From IMG/VR virus record IMGVR_UViG_2799112924_000001: a stretch of DNA of 30,278 bases, one strand, 5' to 3'. Source of the DNA: a virus. The translations under genes were made by a program, and so were the position numbers. Below, one piece after another: positions 16,669 through 26,483 of the stretch. How positions within the stretch are numbered: the stretch's first letter is position 1; each line of letters opens with the position of its first letter. The notes beneath the pieces were generated by a model. The model did not search any database. It had not been told where the DNA came from and saw only the letters and a list, made by a program, of their open reading frames with translations.

Positions 16669-18450
16669 CTAATTAATAAAAGAAACGTATCTCTGTTTAT
16701 CTAAAACATTTTGCATTTCTTTAATTTTTGCTTTTGAAGTTGGATAATCCTCACAAGCTTCAAGAAGTCTATCTAATGTTTCACCAAGAACCTTTTGAGA
16801 TCCATGTAATTTTGGAAGCATTTTTTGTTTTACTTGGGCATCAAAATACCTTTTCCAATCCCAATTGCTTTGTTTATCTTCATAAACATATGCAACTGCC
16901 ATAAAACGAGTAATTTCATTAATTACTCTAAAACCAAAGTCAAAACCTGCATCCTTAAGAATATCCTGGAAGTTAAAAAGTTCAGTGGACAATTCGTCCC
17001 AAAATTCTTCATTGTCAAATAATTTTTCTAATTCTTGAATAGACATTTCTTGAACTTCATTGCCTTTTAAAATATCTTCCAAGTATTTGATATTTCCAGT
17101 TGGAGCATTTTTATTTAAATTATTGGTCATATAATCTTTAGCAGAGTAAGTTTTAAATTCAATAGTATTAGCCCTATCTAAAACTTTAGGAGAGAACATG
17201 TAAGTAGTTTCATCAACATTAACAGTACCAATTATGAATAGGTTATTCGGCAATTCCAGTCCTTCTTTTTTATGTGCAAGGGGAATAGTCTCTTTACTTT
17301 CAATCGCCGATAAAAAGTCTGCAAAATACCTTTCAACATGAGAAAGATTCATTTCATCTAAAATTAGAAAATGAGGGTATGATTTCTCTTGGGATTGTTT
17401 AATTAAGTAATATGCAGGAGTGTATTGAGGTTTATTATTAAGAATATTACAATAACCAAGGATATGCCTATTTTCAGTCCAATTGGCCCCAACAGGAATG
17501 ATTCTATAGTTGTTTTTATCATTTAAGTATTGAGCAAACAATTGAGATAATTTAGTTTTACCAGTCCCAGAATTCCCTGTGAGAATTACAAAAGGTTTAA
17601 CTTTAAGAGACAATAAATAATTTTCTATAGTTTCTCCATCGAAGTAGTACCCGTTTCCAATCAGATAATCATAAAATGTATCATAAACTTTATTAGTTGT
17701 TTCTTTTTCTTCTTCTTCAATTGGTTCTTCAATTGGTAAATCATTTCTTTTTATTTCATTAAAATAATCATTATAATTACTGAAATATTGATACAAATCA
17801 ATGAATTCGTTTAAATCATCTTCAAGTTCACTTTCAGGCGGTAAAAATATATTTTTATCTTCATCAAATTCATAATATTTGCAATAAATGTTCCCAGCAC
17901 CATAAGCTTTTGCAAGATTCTTATTTGCTTCTAAATCACAAGTTTCACTGTATTTGCTGAAATCCAAATTACTTTCACGGTCATTGTCATTAATAGTTTT
18001 CACATGATTTCTGAATTTGCTCGCAATATTTTTAATCTTATCTAAGTCATTTTGATTGAAAGAAGCTTTTTTATACTCTTTAAACTGATTAACTCCTAAA
18101 CCTAGACATAAATAGACTCCTTTCCCATTAGGTTTGAATAGGTATACAATATAATAATTTTCATTGATTGAAGGGGTTTCTGGGTTAGTAATAGTAATAT
18201 AAGCAACAACATCTGCTCCTTGGGATAAACTACTATACTTAACATTATAAGAATTATTTGTATTCTTTAAAACAAGTTCTTGAATTGATTCTCTAAATTC
18301 ACCCAAAAAATTTGAATATTCCTTTTTTTTATTTTCCATTTCTTGATCAATAAGGCCCTTTTTTTTCTTCTCTTTTATATTTGCATACTCCCTAATACTT
18401 GGGTATTCTTTAATAATTTTTGTTAAACCTTCATTTAAATTCATTTTCAA
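16669..18450 (-). CDS. mcrB: McrB-family AAA+ GTPase with DUF3578-like N-terminal domain
   Basis: KPFVILTGNSGTGKTK, LILDEMNLSHVERYFADFLS, GTVNVDETT...DRAN; N-terminal YIVYLF...VYLCL. Confidence 0.9.
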   Translation of the reverse strand: MKMNLNEGLTKIIKEYPSIREYANIKEKKKKGLIDQEMENKKKEYSNFLGEFRESIQELVLKNTNNSYNVKYSSLSQGADVVAYITITNPETPSINENYYIVYLFKPNGKGVYLCLGLGVNQFKEYKKASFNQNDLDKIKNIASKFRNHVKTINDNDRESNLDFSKYSETCDLEANKNLAKAYGAGNIYCKYYEFDEDKNIFLPPESELEDDLNEFIDLYQYFSNYNDYFNEIKRNDLPIEEPIEEEEKETTNKVYDTFYDYLIGNGYYFDGETIENYLLSLKVKPFVILTGNSGTGKTKLSQLFAQYLNDKNNYRIIPVGANWTENRHILGYCNILNNKPQYTPAYYLIKQSQEKSYPHFLILDEMNLSHVERYFADFLSAIESKETIPLAHKKEGLELPNNLFIIGTVNVDETTYMFSPKVLDRANTIEFKTYSAKDYMTNNLNKNAPTGNIKYLEDILKGNEVQEMSIQELEKLFDNEEFWDELSTELFNFQDILKDAGFDFGFRVINEITRFMAVAYVYEDKQSNWDWKRYFDAQVKQKMLPKLHGSQKVLGETLDRLLEACEDYPTSKAKIKEMQNVLDKQRYVSFIN

Positions 18451-18532
18451 TACTCCAAAATATCCTTGATATCATATTTCATATTTAAATATTATTCTAT
18501 TTATTTTTTTATCAAAAAAAGTTAGATTTTAA

Positions 18533-18564
18533 AAAAGCTGAGATAGAGCCTTATCCCAGCTTTT
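18533..18564 (-). terminator. Hairpin downstream of the capsid genes
   Basis: AAAAGCTGAGATA / TATCCCAGCTTTT, 12 of 13 paired, 6-nt loop, A/T tracts on both sides. Confidence 0.6.
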
Positions 18565-18722
18565 AAAGGATTTGGAGTTAAATAAAAACTCTTAGCAGAA
18601 GATGTTAGTGAAGAAAAAGCAATTAAAACTTCACCAAATCAACCATTGAGATTTTTATATTCTTTTATCCCTACACGCATCCCTAACGAAAGGGCCAATA
18701 TATTTAGGAGTTAAATTATGGC

Positions 18723-19655
18723 TCATGCTCTGAAATTACCTTTGATGATTCTGTTAGGTGCATTCATTAACACTCCAACAGAGGAAAGTATGAATAGCTT
18801 TGTATACATCGGCAATTCATCACGGATGTCCTTACGCATGAATTCAATCAACGGATAGAAGTCATACATCTCGCCGTCAGGACCTAAAGGTGCAACGGTT
18901 GTACCTGTGGTTCTAGAGTATAGCAATTTCATTCCAGGATTAATGTAGTCCATACCGATGTAGGTTTTATCTCCCATCTCGGAACCGCCATCGCAGACAG
19001 CAGTTCCAAGAATGTCTATGTTATCGACACCATAATAGCTTTTGATCAGTTCAACTGGTTCGACTTGCCTATTACTTTCGAATATGTCTGATTTTAAGGT
19101 TGTCAATGATTTGTAGCTTACGGCCATACTGTTTAAGTTAGCATAGCTTCCAGCTGATTCTTTGAACTTCTCTTGAGCTTTAAGGATGGTCATTCCAGTA
19201 TCGTCACCGCTTTGGAAGTTGTAGGTTGCAACTTTGGATGAGTTCATTATCATGTCAATAGCTGCCTTTTCAATACTACGGCCGATAAGAATACCAACGT
19301 CTTGAAGCATGTCATTAACGGAGATTAAATTGGAATCAAGCATTTGAGCGGAAACGTTTAATACTCCACCGATAGTGTCAATGGAGACTGTTTCACTGAT
19401 TGGTTTTCTAACGTTTAATTCCTGAAGGGTAGCACCAGGAGCAATATCTTTAGCCTCACCCAATACACCAGATTGAATAGCTTCTTCTATATTGACTCTT
19501 TGTGACATGTAAGTGTAGTACTGGCTGTTTTCCTGTATCTCTTGTTTTGGAAGTAATCTGGTGAATTTCATCCATTTCGCTGAAGTGTCAGCGACAATCT
19601 GTGCCATCACTTCATTTTGTACTTTAGCATCATTTCCTTTAGTTAACATTAACAT
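18723..19655 (-). CDS. HK97-like major capsid protein, paralog 2 (start may be 19649)
   Basis: GEAKDIAPGATLQEL...IGGVLNVSAQMLDSN...IGRSIE pattern typical of HK97-fold P-domain; about 310 aa. Confidence 0.7.
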   Translation of the reverse strand: MLMLTKGNDAKVQNEVMAQIVADTSAKWMKFTRLLPKQEIQENSQYYTYMSQRVNIEEAIQSGVLGEAKDIAPGATLQELNVRKPISETVSIDTIGGVLNVSAQMLDSNLISVNDMLQDVGILIGRSIEKAAIDMIMNSSKVATYNFQSGDDTGMTILKAQEKFKESAGSYANLNSMAVSYKSLTTLKSDIFESNRQVEPVELIKSYYGVDNIDILGTAVCDGGSEMGDKTYIGMDYINPGMKLLYSRTTGTTVAPLGPDGEMYDFYPLIEFMRKDIRDELPMYTKLFILSSVGVLMNAPNRIIKGNFRA

Positions 19656-19662
19656 TCACCTC

Positions 19663-20601
19663 TTATGGCCTGCAAGTACCTTTTAAAGCAAGACCTGGCT
19701 TATTTAATAATATACCTACTTTACTTTGTATAAACAACTTTGTATATTGAGGTAACTCATCATAGATGTCTTTACGCATGATTTCAATGATAGGATAGAA
19801 GTCTGCTATGTTTTCATCGCTTGTAATAGGTGCAACAGTAGTTCCACTTGATTTAGAGTATAATACTGTTAATGGTGCATTCCTAAGGTCAAAACCTATG
19901 TATTGTTTGTCACCTATTAATGATCCACCGTCAGCTTGAGTAGTTCCTAAAAGATCGATATTGTCAATACCGTAGTATTCTTTAATGTCCTCTACAGGCT
20001 GAACTAACTTGTTGGATGAGTAAGCTAATTGTTTGACATAGCTTAAGGTTTTATAAGACTCTGCCATTATTGTTAAATCAGCACCCGCTCCTGCATTACC
20101 TTTGAAAGCTTCCTGTGCTTTGATGACAAATTTTCCGTAAGCATCCATGGTATCTTGAGTTTCACTGGTATTGTAAACAGGAACATTTGGAGAGCTTATT
20201 AAAGTATCGTAAATGTTATATTCAATACGATTAGCAATAACGGTAGCTACATCACCTAATAAATCTTCAAATGAAACAATATCTGAATCAAACACATCCT
20301 TATTAACATTAAGGACACCACCAACAGTATCTATAGAAATAGTGTCTGTAACTGGTTTTCTAATGTTTAATTCTTGAAGTGATGCGCCTGGAGCAATGTC
20401 TTTAGCTTCCCCAAGTAAACCTTTTTTAATAGCTTCATCAAGATTAATGTTTTGTCTGAAATATGTGTAATAGTCAGAGTTCTCTTTGATTTCTTGTTTA
20501 GGAAACAATCTAGCTAATTTTAATCTTTTTGCGGTTTCATCAGTGATAGTTTGAGCTATTACCTCATTTTGTACTTTAGTATCATTTCCTTTTGTAATCA
20601 T
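19663..20601 (-). CDS. HK97-like major capsid protein, paralog 1
   Basis: Same pattern; about two-thirds identical to paralog 2 over the first ~100 aa by manual alignment. Confidence 0.7.
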   Translation of the reverse strand: MITKGNDTKVQNEVIAQTITDETAKRLKLARLFPKQEIKENSDYYTYFRQNINLDEAIKKGLLGEAKDIAPGASLQELNIRKPVTDTISIDTVGGVLNVNKDVFDSDIVSFEDLLGDVATVIANRIEYNIYDTLISSPNVPVYNTSETQDTMDAYGKFVIKAQEAFKGNAGAGADLTIMAESYKTLSYVKQLAYSSNKLVQPVEDIKEYYGIDNIDLLGTTQADGGSLIGDKQYIGFDLRNAPLTVLYSKSSGTTVAPITSDENIADFYPIIEIMRKDIYDELPQYTKLFIQSKVGILLNKPGLALKGTCRP

Positions 20602-20612
20602 TCATTATCACC

Positions 20613-21107
20613 TTAAGTTTGGCCTGTGGTTCCGATATCGTATGGTCTGAATACTTCAATGTATTTGTAATCATCTGAGCTTGCAACAGGGTGCATTGCT
20701 ATATATTCGCCGTCATTGGATTTGATAGCTCCAGTACTAGTTAAAGCTATTTTATCATTAACAGCAATGTTTGATAATCCACTAGCTAATTTTAATCTGA
20801 ATAAATGCCCTAATACAAGGATGGCTGTCTTTCTTTTACCACCAGTCATGGTAACCGGATCGTTGACTGCAATTCCTAAAATGATTTCTCCTTCAGCTGC
20901 AGTATATTTTTTAACTGTAGGTTTTCCAATATCTGAGTTTGCAGATAATGTTACAGCGTCATCGACTTTAACCTTGTTTCCTGCATACTCGTATCCGGGA
21001 GTTTCTCCAGTAGGAGTTGTTACGGTGGTTGCAGTAATTGTACCTTCATCTAATAAGAAAGTTGTGACTTCTTTTCTTTCTTCAAGTAAAATAATAGAAT
21101 CTGCCAT
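20613..21107 (-). CDS. Putative capsid decoration/cement protein
   Basis: 164 aa, beta-rich, ILGIAVND motif, directly upstream of capsid genes. Confidence 0.5.
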   Translation of the reverse strand: MADSIILLEERKEVTTFLLDEGTITATTVTTPTGETPGYEYAGNKVKVDDAVTLSANSDIGKPTVKKYTAAEGEIILGIAVNDPVTMTGGKRKTAILVLGHLFRLKLASGLSNIAVNDKIALTSTGAIKSNDGEYIAMHPVASSDDYKYIEVFRPYDIGTTGQT

Positions 21108-21180
21108 TATATATGTCCTCCACTTAATATAAAGATTTATATATAATGGCTACTTTTTTAAGAGTTTAGTAAAGATTGAT

Positions 21181-21207
21181 ATTAACATTAACAGTTGACA
21201 TTAACGG
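21181..21207. repeat. Doubled left-end motif of the R1/R2 site
   Basis: ATTAACATTAAC (21181-21192) identical to 2528-2539; TTGACATTAACGG (21195-21207) identical to 1452-1464. Confidence 0.55.
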
Positions 21208-21283
21208 TTTAATATCAGGATTACTGTTTAATATTGATTCTCTAATATAAAATAATGATAAAATATAAATAAAGTTTAAAGGA

Positions 21284-21706
21284 TCAGTGTTTAGATGTTA
21301 TTTTAACATATAACTCTTCAAGTGTGTGCTCACGTTTGTCTTTTTTTAGTTCACACTCCCACACAGTGATGACCCTCCACCCCATTTTTTCTAGTTCTTT
21401 TTGGTTGTGTTCATCACGTTCCCTGTTTCTATAGAGTTTCTTCTCCCAGTATTCAACATTCGATTTTGGTATTCGCGCATATTTACATCCATCATGAAGA
21501 TGCCAGAAGCAACCATGAACAAACACCATGGTCTTGTATTTTGGCAGTACAATATCTGGACTTCCAGGATATCGTTTATCATTTTTTCTGAATCGAAGCC
21601 CTTTTGAGAACAGATAGCTGCGAACAAGAATTTCCGGTTTTGTGTCTTTGCTCCGAATCCGTGACATGTTATAACTTCGGACTTCCTTGCTAACTTTGTC
21701 AACCAT
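21284..21706 (-). CDS. vsr: Very short patch repair endonuclease
   Basis: RSYNMSRIRSKDTKPE, GSPDIV, FVHGCFWH, GWRVITVWEC. Confidence 0.95.
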   Translation of the reverse strand: MVDKVSKEVRSYNMSRIRSKDTKPEILVRSYLFSKGLRFRKNDKRYPGSPDIVLPKYKTMVFVHGCFWHLHDGCKYARIPKSNVEYWEKKLYRNRERDEHNQKELEKMGWRVITVWECELKKDKREHTLEELYVKITSKH

Positions 21707-21859
21707 AAAATTTCACCAGATAACAATTCTTTAGAAAAAATATTAATGATAATTATAATTTTTAATTCGAAATAATCTCTGTCTAATTCTTTAATTTCAC
21801 AAGTATCTTTAAATTAACTATCTGACTTTAAACAAAATAAATACTTATCTTCCATATGA

Positions 21860-22039
21860 TTATTGTTTATTTTTGTATATCAATTGATATTTAATAGTTA
21901 TAGAATCCTCATTGGTAATTTCAACTTTAAATAAATCTCCTGGTTTGATGTCATGTTCAGCACTTAGTTCAGCAGGAATGGTTAAATCTAATGATTTAGT
22001 GCCATGTCTTCCTCTAACTTTGACAAACTTTTCACTCAT
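21860..22039 (-). CDS. AbrB/MazE/SpoVT-family small DNA-binding protein (start moved from 22093)
   Basis: SLDLTIPAEL...IKPGDLFKVE. Confidence 0.75.
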   Translation of the reverse strand: MSEKFVKVRGRHGTKSLDLTIPAELSAEHDIKPGDLFKVEITNEDSITIKYQLIYKNKQ

Positions 22040-22148
22040 GAAATAATATTTAAATTTCATGTACATATAATATTTAATGTATCTAATGTACATTAATTCT
22101 TATTTTAAATGTGTGTCAAACTTAGTAATATAGTTGGAGTGATGCACA

Positions 22149-22901
22149 ATGGGAAAAGATGGATTTGATAATGAAACATTATTGATGAATGCATTAGCTA
22201 ATAAAAAGTATTGTGATCTTAATGAAAATTTGAAAAACACGATAACTTTCATTTCTGAAAAGCCTATTGATGATAATGAAATCATAAAGGCATATAAACT
22301 TGGTGGAGTTAATAAAACAGATTTAATTATTGAATTTAATAGCACTCCTTACAATTTAAGTATTAAAAAAGGTTCAGGCAATAGTGTTCATCAAGAAAAG
22401 GTTGATGAATTTATTTCATTTTTAAAAAAAGAATATGATATTTCTGATGACTTGAAAAATGATATTCTTTGTTTTATTTGGGGTGATGGAACATTAGATG
22501 GAACTGGCAATGTCTCTGATCGTTTATCCACAACTAAATTTAAAAATTTATATCCTGGTAAAGTAAATAATATTAAAAATTTTTTTCATATGCATAAACG
22601 GGAATTAATTGAAAGATTCTTAATTAAAGGTGTTAAAAGTGAATCTTCACCAGATTATCTATATTATGGTACTCCAGATGAAGGCACAATTATTAATGCT
22701 AATGATGCTTTAAATTGGTTAAGTGATGATAAAAATGAAAAGAAAAGAGCAGCTATTCCTGTTGGTGGATTAACCTTCCAAGCATGGAATAGGAATATTA
22801 ATGGTGGAACTAAATCTGAAAATAAACGTGGAGTTATTCAGTTAAAATGGGGCTCTTTTGATGAGGATTCAAAAATAATTGCAGAGAGTAGGAAAAAATG
22901 A
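22149..22901 (+). CDS. PD-(D/E)XK restriction endonuclease (subunit 1)
   Basis: KTDLII...SIKKGSGNSVHQE; context with m5C MTases and Vsr. Confidence 0.7.
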   Translation: MGKDGFDNETLLMNALANKKYCDLNENLKNTITFISEKPIDDNEIIKAYKLGGVNKTDLIIEFNSTPYNLSIKKGSGNSVHQEKVDEFISFLKKEYDISDDLKNDILCFIWGDGTLDGTGNVSDRLSTTKFKNLYPGKVNNIKNFFHMHKRELIERFLIKGVKSESSPDYLYYGTPDEGTIINANDALNWLSDDKNEKKRAAIPVGGLTFQAWNRNINGGTKSENKRGVIQLKWGSFDEDSKIIAESRKK

Positions 22902-23668
22902 GAAATAGAGGAACTCCTGAAGGAACTGAAGAAGAAATTAATTTTGTAAAGCTGTTGAATAGAAAAGAAGATGGTGCATTATGGGAAACACTTAATTTAG
23001 ATTCAAAAACTCATTATGCTATACATGTTTTGTATCATAAATTTGGTAAGATTAATCAAAAGAAAGTAAAACCTAAAGCTGATGTGTATATTGCTAAAGG
23101 AATTGTTCCACAGGATATTTTAGAAGAAAGAGATTTTTATCTTAATGAAGATGATGTTGAAACTTTTAATTTAGTTCCAATAGCTGGAACAGGCATATCT
23201 GTAAAGTTAATTACTTCTAAAAGATACCAAATTACTAAATTACATCCCAATACTTTTAATAAAATTTTTGGATCATATGAATTAGGAGCAGGTGCATCAA
23301 TATATTGTAGAAAAGAAAAAGATTTAGAAAAAAATGATGCAGTAATTAATGGATGGTATTCTAACACTAAAGATTTCATTGACTTTTTCAAAAAAGCTGG
23401 AATTGACATTAACGATGAAAGTATTGATTTAGAAACAGCTAATGAGATAAAAAAATATTCAAATTTAAAAATTGAAGAAATAATAAACAACAATAAAGAA
23501 ATTTCTGATTTTATATTTAATGGAATAGGAAATTTTGAGGAACCTTTCACTGTTCATTATCTGTATGAAAACGGAGAATTAAAAGACGATTGCTTTATAC
23601 CGTTTAAACCTACAACAGGTTCTGGGAGGAGTAAAGGACAATTTACTATAGTGATAAAACCAAAATAA
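22898..23668 (+). CDS. PD-(D/E)XK restriction endonuclease (subunit 2)
   Basis: KPKADVYI...GISVK; ATGA overlap with the first endonuclease. Confidence 0.6.
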   Translation: MRNRGTPEGTEEEINFVKLLNRKEDGALWETLNLDSKTHYAIHVLYHKFGKINQKKVKPKADVYIAKGIVPQDILEERDFYLNEDDVETFNLVPIAGTGISVKLITSKRYQITKLHPNTFNKIFGSYELGAGASIYCRKEKDLEKNDAVINGWYSNTKDFIDFFKKAGIDINDESIDLETANEIKKYSNLKIEEIINNNKEISDFIFNGIGNFEEPFTVHYLYENGELKDDCFIPFKPTTGSGRSKGQFTIVIKPK

Positions 23669-23669
23669 A

Positions 23670-24683
23670 TTATTCTAAATATTTTACCATTTCTTTAGCT
23701 ATTAATTTAACTACTGGAACTGTAACACTATTTCCAATTTGTTTATAGCTTTGAGAATAATTATCTTTCATCTTATAAGATTCTGGGAATCCTTGTAATC
23801 TTAAACACTCACGAACAGTTAATTTTCTATTCTCTGTAGCTAGAACTGGGACATTATTTCCTCCAGTTCCCATTTTGGCTGTTAAACATGGGGAACAACC
23901 ATCATTTCTCAAAGAACATCGTGAAGGTCTTATTTCAGTTGCAAAAATAGGGTATTCTTCATTAATATCTTTTTTCTCCAAGTAATCTTGCAAATGTTTT
24001 TCCAGATGTTTTGATGCTGTTTCAGATAAATCATGCCCCTCAACATCATGTTCTAATAACTCATTAATATTGCTTTTTGAATAAATCGGGCTTGGAAATA
24101 CGAATGAAGATACCTTTTTTTTAAAACCAACTATATATATTCTTTCTCTATTCTGTGGAATACCATAATCTTTTGAGTTTAATACTTGGTAAAATATTGA
24201 ATATCCCATATTTGTTAATGACTGTTTAATAACTTTGAATGTATTGCCTTTGTCATGATTTGTTAAACCTTTAACATTTTCTAAAAGAAATGCTTGAGGT
24301 TTTTTTGCTTTAAGAATTCTTTCCACTTCAAAGAATAATGTTCCTCTAGTATCACAGAATCCTTTTCTATATCCACCAATACTGAATGGTTGGCATGGAA
24401 AACCTCCACACAACACATCATGATCAGGAATTTCATCAACACTAATCTTACTTATATCTCCTTTAGGATAATCACCAAAATTATCATAATATGTCTCATT
24501 GGCCCATTTATCAATGTCTGAACTAAAAATACATTTACCTCCTACTGATTCAAATGCTAATCTAAATCCACCAATTCCTGAAAATAAATCAATGAATGTG
24601 AATTCTTTATTTTCATTATCTTTAGTAGTCGGCGTTGAAAAATCACTTAAGTTTGATTGTATCTCTGATTTGTTTGTAGACAT
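23670..24683 (-). CDS. DNA (cytosine-5)-methyltransferase
   Basis: DLFSGIGG, GGFPCQPFS, LENV, RER, GNSV. Confidence 0.95.
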   Translation of the reverse strand: MSTNKSEIQSNLSDFSTPTTKDNENKEFTFIDLFSGIGGFRLAFESVGGKCIFSSDIDKWANETYYDNFGDYPKGDISKISVDEIPDHDVLCGGFPCQPFSIGGYRKGFCDTRGTLFFEVERILKAKKPQAFLLENVKGLTNHDKGNTFKVIKQSLTNMGYSIFYQVLNSKDYGIPQNRERIYIVGFKKKVSSFVFPSPIYSKSNINELLEHDVEGHDLSETASKHLEKHLQDYLEKKDINEEYPIFATEIRPSRCSLRNDGCSPCLTAKMGTGGNNVPVLATENRKLTVRECLRLQGFPESYKMKDNYSQSYKQIGNSVTVPVVKLIAKEMVKYLE

Positions 24684-24695
24684 ATTATCACTTTA

Positions 24696-25775
24696 TTAAA
24701 AATCTCCTAAACTGGATTGAACTTCAATTTCTGGCTTGGTAGGATTGTTTAATTTTTTTATAACTTGTTTTCCTATTTCATATCCTAACAATGGTGGAAC
24801 CGCATTTGCTAATTGTTGATGTTGATCTGTTTTATTTCCTTCAATTATAAAACTGTCTGGAATGGATTGTAATCTTGCAACTTCTCTTGCAGTAACGACC
24901 CTATCAAATTCCGGATGAATAATCATTGATTTAACAGCATGTTTGATTGTAATGGAAGGTTTGTCAGGATGTAATCTTCTATAATTATTACTGTGAGTTC
25001 CACCCACATCATACAATTCTGGTGGAAGGTCCTGCCAATTGCCCCCTTGTGGGACATTAACTATTCTTTGCATTACCTTTTCATTATGTCTCATTGGTTC
25101 ATGATTATAAATTTTAGTTTCACCATCTGCCATTAATTTTTGGAAATCATTTACAGGTTCTGTGTAATTTTCAAATGTTGTATCTGGAATATTGCTCAAT
25201 GCTTCTTTAACAGTGACCACATATTTTTTAGGTTTAGGAAACTTAACTTCTCCTATTTTTGATGCAATAAATATTACTCTTTTTCTTTTTTGAGGAACAC
25301 CATGCTGAGATGCATCTAATATCTTATGTTCAACTTGATACCCTATCTCATTAAATTCTTTTTTAATTACATCTTTTACATTATCCCCGTCAACATTTTT
25401 CATTGACAGAAGACCAACAACATTCTCAATTATTACAACTTTAGGTTTAATTATCTTAACAGCCCTTACCACTTCATTAAACAATTCATTACGTTTGTCA
25501 CCAACTTCCCTTTTACCACACATTGAAAATCCTTGACAAGGTGGACCTGCAATAATAACATCGACTTTATCTTCATATTGAAAAAAGAAATCATCCTCTA
25601 ATTCTGTTAAATCTGCCAGTATACCCTCAGTATTATTATGATTATTTTTAAATGTGTCTATTGCAACTTCCCAGTTGTCAATTCCAAATAATACATCGAA
25701 TCCAGCCATTTCAAATCCTTTACTGAATCCTCCAATGCCACAAAATAAATCAATAACAGTTGGTTTATCACTCAT
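24696..25775 (-). CDS. DNA (cytosine-5)-methyltransferase
   Basis: DLFCGIGG, GPPCQGFS, IENV, QKRKR, AREVARLQS, ANAVPP. Confidence 0.95.
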   Translation of the reverse strand: MSDKPTVIDLFCGIGGFSKGFEMAGFDVLFGIDNWEVAIDTFKNNHNNTEGILADLTELEDDFFFQYEDKVDVIIAGPPCQGFSMCGKREVGDKRNELFNEVVRAVKIIKPKVVIIENVVGLLSMKNVDGDNVKDVIKKEFNEIGYQVEHKILDASQHGVPQKRKRVIFIASKIGEVKFPKPKKYVVTVKEALSNIPDTTFENYTEPVNDFQKLMADGETKIYNHEPMRHNEKVMQRIVNVPQGGNWQDLPPELYDVGGTHSNNYRRLHPDKPSITIKHAVKSMIIHPEFDRVVTAREVARLQSIPDSFIIEGNKTDQHQQLANAVPPLLGYEIGKQVIKKLNNPTKPEIEVQSSLGDF

Positions 25776-25901
25776 TGTTTATTCTCCTGAATTGTATATG
25801 TTAACCTTACTTAATATTATATTTTACTAAATATATTAAAATTTGCAAAAAATTAAAAAGTAGATAATAATTGGATAAAGAGGATTTTTTAATTGTATTA
25901 T

Positions 25902-26312
25902 TCACAATTGATTTTCATCATCAATAATAGCTTGCTCTGCTTCTCCACTTTCAATCATTTCAATAGCTATTTCAAAATTAGTTTTAATATCATCCATCAA
26001 TCTTAACTCCGAATTCCAAACTTCATTTTCATGTTCTCGAGTAATCCCCCATACGCTTGCTTCTAGTTCTCCCTCAATTAAATCTTCAACCAATAATTCT
26101 TCATATATAGAGAAATATTTGGCTTGAATCTCTTCACGCAATTTTTTTAGTTGTTCATAATCATTAATTAAATCTTCAACTTGAAGTTTATGTAATCTGA
26201 ATCTAGCATGGTCATACATTAGCTTCATTTTCCTGAAACTATCAAGTACTTCTTTTTCATCATCTTTAAGTTCATCATATGTTCTTATTTTTTCTTTATT
26301 CATATTAATCAC
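25902..26312 (-). CDS. Hypothetical acidic helical protein
   Basis: 136-aa ORF between MTase genes with own upstream AT-rich region. Confidence 0.6.
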   Translation of the reverse strand: MINMNKEKIRTYDELKDDEKEVLDSFRKMKLMYDHARFRLHKLQVEDLINDYEQLKKLREEIQAKYFSIYEELLVEDLIEGELEASVWGITREHENEVWNSELRLMDDIKTNFEIAIEMIESGEAEQAIIDDENQL

Positions 26313-26483
26313 TAATTATTAATTGAATAAAGACCTATAAAAGCTTTTTGATATAAGTATGGAGCATTATTGCTTTCAACTTGTAATTTTACTAGCTTAA
26401 ATCAATATTGATTTTGTCATATAATCATTGAATAAATATTCCCATTGTTGCAGCAGTAAAGTTTTTGTTTTATTTATTTTTAT

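Noticed and set aside
18586-18714. Protein-like open stretch KLLAEDVSEEKAIKTSPN... on the + strand
   Set aside because: No start codon or RBS and no recognisable family.
19643-19654. TTAACATTAACA at the start of capsid paralog 2
   Set aside because: Explained by ATG TTA ATG TTA and homologous to the start region of paralog 1.
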